A stretch of DNA of 63,392 nucleotides, filler included, from Aduncisulcus paluster (lineage: Eukaryota), in assembly GCA_024181965.1 (NCBI GenBank). It is 11 parts of 11 records of this genome, joined end to end, with 100 filler letters (N's around TTAATTAATTAA, not from the genome) between each part and the next. Parts side by side here need not be neighbours in the genome. Positions count along the whole stretch, not along the records: positions 1 to 3,822 come from BQXS01011476.1; positions 3,923 to 6,618 come from BQXS01011478.1; positions 6,719 to 26,832 come from BQXS01011479.1; 8 more parts are not named here. The stretch is one strand, 5' to 3'. Position 1 is the first letter of the stretch, and every line of letters starts with the position of its first letter. The notes under the pieces are model-generated. The model made no database searches, was not told the DNA's origin, and saw only the letters and a program-made list of their open reading frames with translations. The translations under genes were made by a program, and so were the position numbers. Positions 1 through 11,184 of the stretch are shown piece after piece.

Positions 1-135
1 GTCGTGTTGTGTTGTTGTTGTGTTGTTGTTGTTGTGTGTACGCCATATGTCGTGTTATGTGTTGTATGTGTACGCCATTTGATTGTGATTGTATGTGTGT
101 TCATGTTTGCATTGATGCTGTATGCGTCATGCGCC
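1..135. repeat. GT/GTT-rich low-complexity tract
   Basis: (GTT)n/(GT)n-like runs with the direct repeat GTGTACGCCAT twice. The Val/Cys-rich ORF 4..189 is a by-product of this composition. Confidence 0.7.
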
Positions 136-1323
136 CATTTTGATCAGAATACCGACTGTAGCCGGTATATGCTACATGAACGGGTCTGAGAGTGTTGTTT
201 GCTTAAATAATAGTTGTTTGTTTACGCCAAGAGAATGATCACGAAGAGGAGAACAGGGTTTCGGCCATGAGATGACCTCTTCAAGTGAGAGGAGGATGTG
301 GTGACCATTCTCAGGGACATTCTAAAAATAGATTGGTTCGCTCGAGATCTGTTTATTAATAAATTGGACCGCATTATAGTTAGTTTGGCCACATATAAAA
401 CTCTTCATCAGGAATCTTATTCGAATACAATAAATCTTGATTTTGAACCGAAATAAAAAATACAATTCTAAAAATAGAAAATCTAAAAATAGATAAATTT
501 TGAAATAACTTCTTTTTAGTCTTTACAAGTCAATTTTCATAATTTGTATAATATACCTCGATGATGATGATGTCCTACATCCCTTATTTAATGTTTTTCA
601 CTCGATTCTAAGAATCCGATTCTTACGGAAGATTTTTATACTGTAGTGGGTTCGGATGAGTCCAACGAAATAATAATTTTGGTACAGTGAAAATTAAGTT
701 CGACCAGACTGACCCGGGCTTTACTACATACCCATTTATTGAAAAAATCACAATGCCTGATGTTAAATTGATCAAATTAACATTGAGATTGACACAATCC
801 TTTGCCTATTTAAAAAATGAAAAACGAAGTAAATATTGCAGATTACAGACTTCAAATCCGAAAGAGTCCCTGCCAATTGTTGTAGCGGAATCCTGGATAT
901 GAAGATGCGAAGGATAGAAGGAAATGAAAATAGACAAAGGTATGAAAAGGATAAACGATATTGATGATTATGTTCAAGAATTGAACAGACAAACCTTGGC
1001 AACACATATTCAATCGAAAAATAGAAAATAAAATACTAAAAAAGTATTAATAATAGAAAAACAAAAAATGAGAATCTAGCTTTTTAAAAAACAGCCAATG
1101 AGGGAAAAACTCTTAAAAAAGGAATAAAATGCCCCTTGACAATCAAAGAAAGAAAAAATATAAATGAGACGGATTTAAAACAAAAACAAACAAAAAGGTG
1201 GATTTAACCAAACAACGCAAATTTCAAATAAATAAATTATAGTGATAAAAATAATGAAATTGGACCAAAAACATGAATAACATAGCATATGGGAATACGG
1301 AGAACCATTGCAAAGCGCATCAT

Positions 1324-3822
1324 TCAACACAATACGCAAGCAACAAATTGAGAACAAGATATAAAAATAAAGATAAAAATAATCATCAAGACCAAAAATG
1401 TTTCATGATTGGTGGAGACATCACTGATCGTAAAATCTCCATTAGCACAAATATAACGATTAGCATCCACAAAGATGTCAGCTTCATCCCAAAGATGAGA
1501 AACAGAATCGAGAGAGAATGTTAATGAAGAAATGGATTCATATGTCGATTCTATTCCTTGATTGGCTGTTGAAGGAATAACACATGTGCCCAACTCAACA
1601 AAATCCGAATCATTTCCTTCAATTTCACATATGATAAAATTGGTCTTTGGCCAATAAGAACACACAATCTTGGAGTCAGTAGATGAGGTCAAACACTCTT
1701 CAGGAATGTTTCCGGATAGATAGGAAATAGTAATTTCTTCACCATCCACGGACGTTGAAAAAGATTCCGAAAGAGCACCAGTGTTAACAGAAATAATTGT
1801 GGATTGTCTATCAAGAGAAGATCGAATACTGATAACGTCAGCCTCCATCAAAAACAGAGACACCAGGGGGTCAATTGAAATGATAGAAATGTCATCAATC
1901 GCTCCATGTCCAAATTGAGTAATTGATTCCTGAATCCTCTTCCCATTCGAGAACACAAGGTCGCCCTGCATGTTCATTAAAAGACAATAGGAACTCTCAT
2001 CATTGGAGTTACATGAAGTGTGATACAGCATATCGCTGATAGAATCCTCAATCACGGAGACAAGGGCAACCCCAATTGCAATTCCACTGACAACAATTGG
2101 AATAGTAATGGGAATAACAACGATCTCTGCAGGGAAAGTAATGAATGGGGGGAACAAAAATAGGTCATAATCCTCGACTTCAGACAGAACATAGTTCTCG
2201 CTTAACACAGGAGATCCAGATGTTAGACTCGCATGGGTCGCCTGCAAAATAGTTCCTTGATACCACTCTCGAGTTCTATAGTCAAATTCAAAGGAATAGG
2301 GACCATTCGGAAATCCAGAGCACAATGACCCAGATATACAAAAGAAGGATTCGAACACAGAATATTTCAAAGCTTTCCCAACCCTAAATGAATAGTTTAA
2401 AAAAGGGGAAGACATCAAAGCCAATAAACCAAGAGAATGAGAGAATTGATCAGAATATATCGGGCTTTCATCGTCCAATGGGAAAGCAGAAGAGAAAAAC
2501 CCTGAAATATCCCCGACAGATGTTATAGAAATATCTTCTTCAGATACAAACATCGGACTCTCTTCAAGAACATTGGGAGGAACGATAAAAACAGGTTCAT
2601 TGATAAGCTTCACACCTTTTTGAAGAGGAAAGAGAGATTGCTGGGAAGAAGGTAGCCCGGGGAGAGAACCATCGGAATCTACTGTTATCACACCCAATGA
2701 AGACTGTTCAACATCATTCAAATGTCCAAATTGGGCAAACATAGCCTCTTGGTAACATGGAATTCCAGTTTCGAAAGGATTTGAAACGAGTGTATATGAA
2801 TTATTGTAAACTTGAGGATATCCTGAATCACACTTGGGAGGCAACGAAAACCCCTCCAAAACAGTGTTTACGTCCTTTTGAGACAGAGAGAGGATGAACA
2901 CAGCTCCACCAACGGAGGTTATCCACGATATCTCTGTCTGAATCTTCCCATAAGAAGAAGACCCCGGAATCTGTCTATCAATACGAACGACCACAGATCC
3001 TTTCCGGACACCGTTATATATGGGACCGATCACAAGGGAGGTGAAACTCAACTCATTTCCATCAGAATCTTTCCCAGAAATCTTTTCAATATCATTGATA
3101 TCGTCGATCTTTGGCAATAGTCCAGCAGAAGTGTACAAAGGATGAGAGAGAAGATCATATCCAAATGGACTTAACCACATAAGATATGAGGCGTTAAAGG
3201 TCAGATAATCACCCCCTGGTTGGGAATAGATCATACTTTCAATGGTGCTTGAACTGAGCTGAAAGGTTGTGTATCCTTGGATTTGGATGGACGATTCTAA
3301 AATTGGAACAACAATCTCACTCTGTCCTCGATCAATGACACCGAATACTGATGATTTTATACTTGGAGAGCGAGAGAGAATCGGCAAAGATCCAATAACA
3401 GCGGTGTTATGCAAAGAATCATGACCCGGAGATATTTGAAGAAAAGTATTGTCAATGACACATTCAAGACGGTCATCACCTTCATACTCATCACAGAATA
3501 GGAGTTCGATGGAGGCAATTATCAGATTGGAGGATATCGGGGTAATTTTATTTAGGATATGAAAGAGGTCAAAGAGGGCAAATAGTATATCACAAGAGAG
3601 GAAAAAGCTTCATAAGATTCCAAAGAGGGAAAATATGAAGAATCTGAAGAAGGAATGGTATTAATAAAGGGGAATTCTTTGGAAATCATTGAAGATATAA
3701 CAAAATACTCTGAATATTGCTCAAGTCTCTCAGAAACTAACTCTGTCCAGAAGAGCCGACGAGTGTTCCATGTTTTCATGCGTTGAACATCCCGTTCTAT
3801 TCTCCACACAATATCAACATTG
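1324..3822 (-). CDS. alpha2delta/CACHD1-like extracellular Cache-domain membrane protein (5'-partial; frame break near 3490-3610)
   Basis: The ORF carries Cache signatures: YLMWLSPFGYDLLSHP (cf. alpha2delta YxFAIDxNGYVLLHP), FDYRTREWY (dCache_1 YDPRxRxWY) and SYCLLMNMQGDLVFS. It ends in one hydrophobic helix (FLVLMIIFIFIFISCSQFVACVLC). The frame stays open upstream of 3414 to about 3610, and ORF 3552..3809 in another frame is probably the upstream part. Confidence 0.65.
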
Positions 3823-3922
3823 NNNNNNNNNNNNNNNNNNNNNNNNNNNNNNNNNNNNNNNNNNNNTTAATTAATTAANNNNNNNNNNNNNNNNNNNNNN
3901 NNNNNNNNNNNNNNNNNNNNNN
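3823..3922. other. Artificial contig-joining linker (N44-TTAATTAATTAA-N44); identical linkers at 6619-6718, 26833-26932, 32593-32692, 35481-35580, 39617-39716, 42006-42105, 49324-49423, 57417-57516, 60742-60841
   Basis: The same 100-nt construct, with stops in all six frames, occurs ten times. ORFs are truncated at these linkers and the two sides are unrelated. Confidence 0.98.
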
Positions 3923-6618
3923 CCATGGAGAGAAGGAGAAGGGAGTTAAGGTATGAGGGCAATGCCGTGGGGACAGAGAGAAGCGAGGGAATAGGAAGGG
4001 AGAATGTCAGGAGGGATTGACTGGCTTGAGTGAGAAGAGATTTCTTCCTTGAACCAAGACCAGACTTCTTGAACAACACCCGGTCAGACATAGGATTTAT
4101 AGCATCAAATAGAGTGGTTGGGAGATGCTGTTGTGCGAGATTCTTGGGGATTGAGAAAGGCAAGAATGAATGCATGAAGTGAGATAAGGATATATGGGAG
4201 GGTGTGCATGTTTTGGGACTTGGTAGATGGGAAGAATAGAGAATAGAGGAGAGATACTGGGCTGGAATAGGCGAATGGACGAGAGGAGGGGTGGAGGAGA
4301 TTGGAGATAGTTCTGAGTAAGGAATAAGGGGAACAACAGAAAGGACGGGGAATATTGAAGGATCTCTCATCGAAATAAAGGTAGGTTGATCTATAAATCC
4401 AAGGAGACGATGTTTCTTCTCGTCTCGTTCTCGCTGTTTCTTCATCCTTTCTTTAACACCAAGGGCAGCTTCTTGATCTTTCTCTTCTTGTGTGAGTTCT
4501 TTGGGAATATCGCCAAGGTCAGTCTGTACAAAAATAGATTGGGTGAGAAACGCAGTTATTTGTGAGGAATAATTAACATTACACCTTGTTGAAGGGAGGA
4601 ATGGTGTATAGCACTTTGAATTGAAAGGAAGGTGGCTGGAATGGAGCTGAGTCACACTTTTTTCACCTTTACGTCCCACAAACCCGATTGATTCGAGCTC
4701 AATGGATGTTCTCTCTGGTGCTGAAGGATCCTTTGGTCCGTATCTGCTTGATCTCTCCTTGGCTCGGTGCATTGGAATAGTTTCATCGTGTCTCCCGCGT
4801 AATTCATCATTCAGCAAGCAATCACACAACGAGGGGACAGCAGTGACTGACACAAACAGATTGTCACAGGTAAGCTCAGATTGGATTAGATCTACAACAT
4901 CCTTGTTGCTGATACCATCACAAAGGAACACTAGTCGTACTCTTCGACGTTCCTCAGTAGATAGGCACTCATCACAGATATCCGCAGTATTTATCACAAC
5001 ACTGATGATATCGGAGTTCACAGAGACAATTTTAGATTGAGAAAGAGTTGATAACTCAGTAGTTGCGACAGGAGATATAAATGATGCAAAGGCTATTGTT
5101 TCATTCAGGGAGGAAATGATAAATGCTCTAAATACATTCTCATGGACACGTACAAGGGGATGCGTAAGATATACAAACCCATACTTCCATGGTTTTCTCT
5201 CCCACTTTGATGATACCAATGTTTGAATAGATTTTGATAGTTTGGATGATGGTTTTGAGCCTTGAGATGATGGATCTGTTCCGGACTTGGATCCATGAAC
5301 TTGCTCTTTGTATGCTTGAATTCTATATGATAATGTTTGGGGATACTTCCACGCATGCGACATTAAGGGAGGCGTTTTGTTGACATATGATTCGTATATA
5401 CCTTGGTTTAAGGGCCTATGGAACTCTTCCTTGTCTTTATCGGGCAATTCAATCCCACCTTCGACCATTCCACCAGGGAGATGGGTCAGAACAGAGGAAA
5501 AGCCAGCAATTCCACGGACTTCTCGCATGATACGGTCAATCGAGGATGTAGATGACTCTGCTGAAGCTGCAACATCGGATGGTGCCAAATGTTTGGCTTG
5601 TTCACGAGGAATTATGCCTAGTTGTTCATGTTCATCAACATCATCAACAATAAATTCAAGGTTGGATGCGATAAACATTGTCGAAGGGAACATAGCACAG
5701 GACACACCAATTCCTCCGCTACATTTGAGCTCTTGATACCCGATACAGCATATATCTGGAGCAGCAACCTCGTTCATAAATACATCAGTCCTAGAGCCCG
5801 CAGAGTAAACATGAGCAGAGTAAGGAGATAGGAGATTCCCACAATGAACGTGGATGAAGTGACATTCGTTAGATATTGGAAGGGAATCTGAGAGAACCTC
5901 TCGGGGTTGGGATGATAAAGCGGATCCTTCCGGCTTAATACCCTTTTTTTCCGCCTGTTTCCTTTTCTTCTTAAGGGTTGTTTCAGAACATAGAAACCCA
6001 CGCTGACATGATATCTGATTCCCATAGCTTGACACTGCTGTGGGAGACATAAGAGTTGCGAGGGTCATTGGCGTGTGGGCAGGTATTTTGGAAATGGGAG
6101 TGGATCCATCCTTCATGAGACAATTAAACAGTCCATGGTTAGCAAGCGCTGGCAATATTGGGGAGGAAATTAAGACAGTAGTTGTCTTGTTAAGCATTGA
6201 AAATAGCCACTCCTTTTTGGCCTCGGCTTCTTCTTCAGAAAGAGAGAATAAATCACTTTCATTGACTTCACACATAAGCCCAGCATCAACAAAGAGCTTG
6301 TCGAGGACATTTGAATATAAATCTCTTCTCTTGGTGGTTTTTTTCACAATGGTTTTTGCGAGATTTATGGCTTCTGTTTTACACTCTTTTTCTTCAACAA
6401 GATGTTGGCGATACTTCATTTCATCCTTACTAAGTCGATTCTCTTCAAATAATTTTTGCATTTCAAGTTCTTTTTGGGCTTGTATTTCCCTTTGTTTGCG
6501 CATTTCCTCCTCTAAACGCGCCTTCAATTCTTTTTCTTTTTTTTCTTGTTCTATTCTGCGTTCTTGAACCCTTTTCTCTTCAACAATTTCATGTAATGCT
6601 CGATATGAATCATACCCG
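3923..6618 (-). CDS. Hypothetical protein, internal fragment (N-terminal coiled coil, Ser/Pro-rich)
   Basis: The frame is open across the whole 2.7-kb piece, with an E/K/R-rich coiled coil at 6350-6618. No family recognised. Confidence 0.75.
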
Positions 6619-6718
6619 NNNNNNNNNNNNNNNNNNNNNNNNNNNNNNNNNNNNNNNNNNNNTTAATTAATTAANNNNNNNNNNNNNNNNNNNNNNNNNN
6701 NNNNNNNNNNNNNNNNNN

Positions 6719-9583
6719 ATGAATGGATTGAATACGAATGGAATCCTCAAATGTGGGAATTGGAAATTCTTCATCTTCAGATTCAATTTCTTCCCGCGAT
6801 ATTGTTGGAAACTTCCTCTTGAAAGTCAGATTAACTCCTAATTCTTGCAGGATGCTTCTAATAGTCGCGTGTTTGTTGAGGGCAGTCCGAGCAAACTCTC
6901 CAATGGAATAATTATATGTGTTATTTCCAACTTCTTTGAGCATTTGCCACATCATTTCTCCTTGTTCATCGAGGGTATCTTGAAACATTGAGAAAAGATA
7001 AAATGAGATAATCGACGCTGAATATTCCATTAGTTCCTTGTGTGGAAGCAGAGACATTCCTGGAATGAAGTTTTCTTCGTATTCATCTCCATTAATCTGG
7101 CCAGGAATGGCACATAAAGCATCTCTAATCATTGTACAAACTATTTTCACAATCATTTCCTCCTCACATTGTTCTCGGACGCTCGAGCACATACAGCACT
7201 CAGCAATGGATCCAATATGCTTTTGATCAATTCCACAGTGAAATAACAGACTTGTCAGCGAACATGGCGATGAACAAAAGGCAGAGAGCGCAGAGAACGA
7301 GGCCGAACCATTTGATGAGAAGAAAGGAAGGCATGGAAGGACTGAAGATGGATATAACATGTGATGTGAAAGGGAAGGAGAGAGCGTGTGATAACTGGAA
7401 AGGGAAGTCGGAGAGAGCATTGACAAATTTGAAGTGGAAAGCATTGGAGGAATAGGATAAGAACCGTCACTAGGAGTTGAGCCTGATTGGAATGGAGAAA
7501 TGCAAGAGATTCGACTGAGACTCATTCCTCGTGCAGATGGAGAACCGAATAATGAGGATTGGGGACGGCCAGATAAGGGAGATGATATGTATGAGGAACG
7601 AGAAGGTGACCTGCCAGGAGAAAATGAAGAAATAACGCTGCTGAATACATCAGAACCGGTTGGGGAAGATGTTGGAGATGAAAGCGGGGAGGACAATGAC
7701 ATAGACAAGGGTTTATCCTGTACTTTCGTTGGATTAGAGAGGCTATTGGTTGACATGGATATAATTTTCCCCATTGACCGCTCCTTTCTTCGGTCTTCTT
7801 GTGTTCCTTTTCTTCGATTTTTCAAAACACCTCCGACTCGCCACAATATATCCAATTCAGCAGCTATTTGCTCTATTAGTGGTTCAGACATGTGGATCGA
7901 GCATCCTTTTACCAAGTCAACATCGCTATCACAAATCCCGCCTGTAATATCACTGACAACATCGGCTGACCGTGGTGCACTGAATGTATCGGGATTAAGG
8001 GGAGTCAAAATAACTGGTTTGGAGAAGAAAATATTCGAGGATTCATCTTTCCAGAAGGTTATACGCTGCGACTCTGGAATTATCTTTTGCTCAAAGTACA
8101 TCTTATTCATTTTTATCTCCTTGGAGGAGAATGAAGAAAAACATTCCTCGCACATTTTATACTTGAGATGATATTGAGCATTCAGAGAATTGTTGTATAT
8201 AAAATATGTATATTCGTTAATTACTCCTTTACATTTATCACACGATATTATTGGAAATGAATGGTATTCCTTGAATCCAGGTCGGACAATGTCTCCGCAA
8301 CCATATGATTCCAACAGAGTTGGGCATAATCGCATTGACAAGGCCTGAATCCGTTTTTCTTCCTGGCAAGGATCGGAAGAAGAGAGAGGATTAGCAGATC
8401 TTGGGCTCAAACTTCCACTAGCTGATCTAAAATCGCTTGAATCTTCGAGGTTTCTTGTATCTCCAGGCATCATAGAAAGGTCACGAAGGCCAATACCAAC
8501 TTTCTCGGATAAATCGAGGGGGAAAATGCAGGCTGATGGCAAAATAAACACAATAAGATCATCTTCTTGCTCAATACAAAAGATTCGCGTCCTCATATCA
8601 AGTGGAACCCACACAGATTTATCTTTTCCCGGTGACAATTTTTTGGAAGGGACAGAGTGGACACCAATATTCATTCCCTGTCCAATTCTTGCTGATACAT
8701 CATAAGAAAGAGATAAAGCAGCGAATCGATCAGGATCTTCGAGTTCAAGAGAAGAACAGGCGTCAGGATCCGTGGATAATCCGATCACTGTGTTTCCATC
8801 ATCCAATGATCCACAACTCAAATTTTCTTCGCGACATGGAATTTTAGCAATGCAGAAAAACCGCTGACCACAATAATCACAGAGACAAGATAAGGGGACC
8901 ACAACTTCATCCAAACCTTTCTGAAATGCACATTTTCTCACATAATTATATGCAATGGCCGTCCATTCCGCATATTTAAAAGCTAGTTCTCCATCTCCAA
9001 TGTTTGATCCGGAAACTATCCAATTTCCTACTCGTCGAAACAGAATATCATCAATGTCGTAAGTAACACCACCAATCCCATAAATTGTTGCATCAAAACA
9101 TGGTTTATGCTTACCTTCAACAATATTTTTCACATTAATTTCGACTTGAGACTCAAAATTGTGAAGGAGCGCATGAAATTTTTTCTCTCCTTCAAGAGCG
9201 GTTATTGATTCTTGAATAAGAGAGGACGTANNNNNNNNNNNNNNNNNNNNTGCACATTTTCTCACATAATTATATGCAATGGCCGTCCATTCCGCATATT
9301 TAAAAGCTAGTTCTCCATCTCCAATGTTTGATCCGGAAACTATCCAATTTCCTACTCGTCGAAACAGAATATCATCAATGTCGTAAGTAACACCACCAAT
9401 CCCATAAATTGTTGCATCAAAACATGGTTTATGCTTACCTTCAACAATATTTTTCACATTAATTTCGACTTGAGACTCAAAATTGTGAAGGAGCGCATGA
9501 AATTTTTTCTCTCCTTCAAGAGCGGTTATTGATTCTTGAATAAGAGAGGACGTAATATTTCTTTGTTTAGAAATCCAAGACAT
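6719..9583 (-). CDS. CLU-domain (Clustered mitochondria/Clueless/TIF31-like) protein, 3'-partial
   Basis: VVVPLSCLCDYCGQRFFC...LSCGSLDDGNTV matches the CLU motif (DYxGxR...YGSxDxGxTV). LTSLLFHCGIDQKHIG...CEEEMIVK matches the CLU-central motif (LHxxGINxRYLG...EMIAR). Bases 8927-9230 are duplicated at 9251-9554 around a 20-N gap (artefact). Confidence 0.7.
9231..9250. other. 20-N scaffold gap with duplicated flanks; same pattern at 23230-23249, 24906-24925, 29377-29396, 29888-29907, 45388-45407, 51568-51587
   Basis: About 200-500 nt on one side of each gap is repeated on the other (e.g. 22945-23229 = 23250-23534). This is typical of unmerged overlapping contig ends. Confidence 0.9.
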
Positions 9584-9879
9584 ATAAAATACTTAAAAAT
9601 TATAATAAATACGGTAGATATAGCAAAAATGTAAATACAGTTGAGAAAAAACACCTTAAGAATAAAATTGAAATTCAATAATTGAGTAAATAGTTTAATA
9701 GACTTAATTTTAAATAAAAATAAAAAATTTGAAGGATGTACACACAGAGAAATAGAAAATATCTGGAGGTTGAGAAATATAGTCATGAGAAAAACATTTA
9801 TTATTATTGAAATACTAATACACGATACCGCATAAACAATTTAGAAAGTATTTTTTGCGAGTTGACCAGAATAGTCCGA

Positions 9880-10830
9880 TCATTCAGCTTCTGGGGGTTC
9901 CATCTCAGCCAAGTACAATTTCACGTAACCGTAGAGGAGAGTAACAATTTGACTTCCACACTTGGTTTCGAATAAGTGTCTCACTTGGTCCTCAGGCTCA
10001 TCACCCTTGCCAGAGGGCATGGACATGGCGAAAGTACGATCGGTATGTCCCCAGGTCAAAATCTCGTGAAGGTGGAAGAAGGAGTGGTCATCAAGAGGGT
10101 TCATGGTGTGGTGGTCGAGTAAATGGATACCCTTGGCGGCAACACCGATCCAGCAACGTTTACCGATGGATTTGTCAGCTTCAGACAAATATTTGGCGTC
10201 AAACAAAGCATATCTATGGTATGGCAAAGTGGCAATCTTCTGGATATATTGGGTTTCACAGTCAGAAGGAGTGACACCGACAAGCTCACGGTGGTTTCTG
10301 AAGATCAATTGTTCCCAATAGGCAGATTTTTTGCTAGAACGCTTAGTGGCGGGAATGTACTCAGCAATGTGCTTACCAAGGAATCCGGGCTTGTGCTTTC
10401 TCTCATCATGGTCGCCGTAAGTAGCTTGGAAGCAAAGACCAGCCAATTGACCGATTTGATCCTCAGGGAGAGCATAAATACCTTTCAAAACATTATCCTT
10501 GAATTGAGAAAACATAAGGTGTTTGAGGACGGGATCAATGGTGTAATCTTCTTTGTCATCCATGAAAAAAACACGTTTATAAACGAATCTTTCATGACCA
10601 GTCCACTTAGCCATAGTGTCAGCGATAGTGGCCTCTTCATCAATAGCAGTAAGAGGACGACTAAAGTCCTGACCCTCCTCAAAAATGCAGAATTGGTTGT
10701 CATTTGTCTGCAACTCAATCTTATCGGCTATCATATCAGCCAACTGACTACCAGTAGTTTTATCATCTATTTGGACGGTCTTACGGGAACCATCCAAAAA
10801 ATATACACAAGCCATTTGACGATCGGACAT
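9880..10830 (-). CDS. Stand-alone FERM-domain protein
   Basis: F1 lobe (VYFLDGSRKTVQID...IADKIEL), F2 lobe (LMFSQFKDNVLKGIY...LAGLCFQATYGD...YIP) and PTB-like F3 lobe (CWIGVAAKGIHLL...EILTWG) fill the whole 316 aa. Confidence 0.88.
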   Translation of the reverse strand: MSDRQMACVYFLDGSRKTVQIDDKTTGSQLADMIADKIELQTNDNQFCIFEEGQDFSRPLTAIDEEATIADTMAKWTGHERFVYKRVFFMDDKEDYTIDPVLKHLMFSQFKDNVLKGIYALPEDQIGQLAGLCFQATYGDHDERKHKPGFLGKHIAEYIPATKRSSKKSAYWEQLIFRNHRELVGVTPSDCETQYIQKIATLPYHRYALFDAKYLSEADKSIGKRCWIGVAAKGIHLLDHHTMNPLDDHSFFHLHEILTWGHTDRTFAMSMPSGKGDEPEDQVRHLFETKCGSQIVTLLYGYVKLYLAEMEPPEAE

Positions 10831-11184
10831 ATTAAATGTTTTCTAAAGTTCTAGCACAAAAACCAAGGACCACAAACTTGTCGCGGGTCTATTTTTGGAA
10901 GTTGCAATATTCTAATTCATTATTGCTAAAATGAAGAAAGATAAGTCATTATAAAGCTTTAGAAGTTTTATTTTTGAACAGATTGGGTCGATTTCATCTC
11001 ATTTTAAGAGTTGGCATTTTGTTCGGGAAAAGTCCATTTCTGCTCATGCTATTTTTTCCAATTTGAATATAATAATTGTATTATATCCATCGTTTTTCAA
11101 AAACAAAAATATTTTTTGAGATAATAAATTACTTTTCCCTTTTTCATTCTATCTACCCAAATGGCCCACCTAATAAATGAAATT

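Noticed and set aside
3867-3878. Recurrent TTAATTAATTAA as a biological repeat or CRISPR-like array
   Set aside because: It is always centred in exactly 44+44 Ns, so it is a synthetic six-frame-stop linker.
8927-9554. Internal tandem domain repeat in the CLU protein (likewise in the BRWD-like and CFAP44 genes)
   Set aside because: Identical sequence on either side of 20-N gaps; artefact.
10123-10854. 243-aa antisense ORF over the FERM gene and the many other antisense or nested ORFs
   Set aside because: These are shadows of codon bias or of GAA/TCT low-complexity tracts in real genes, with no motifs of their own.
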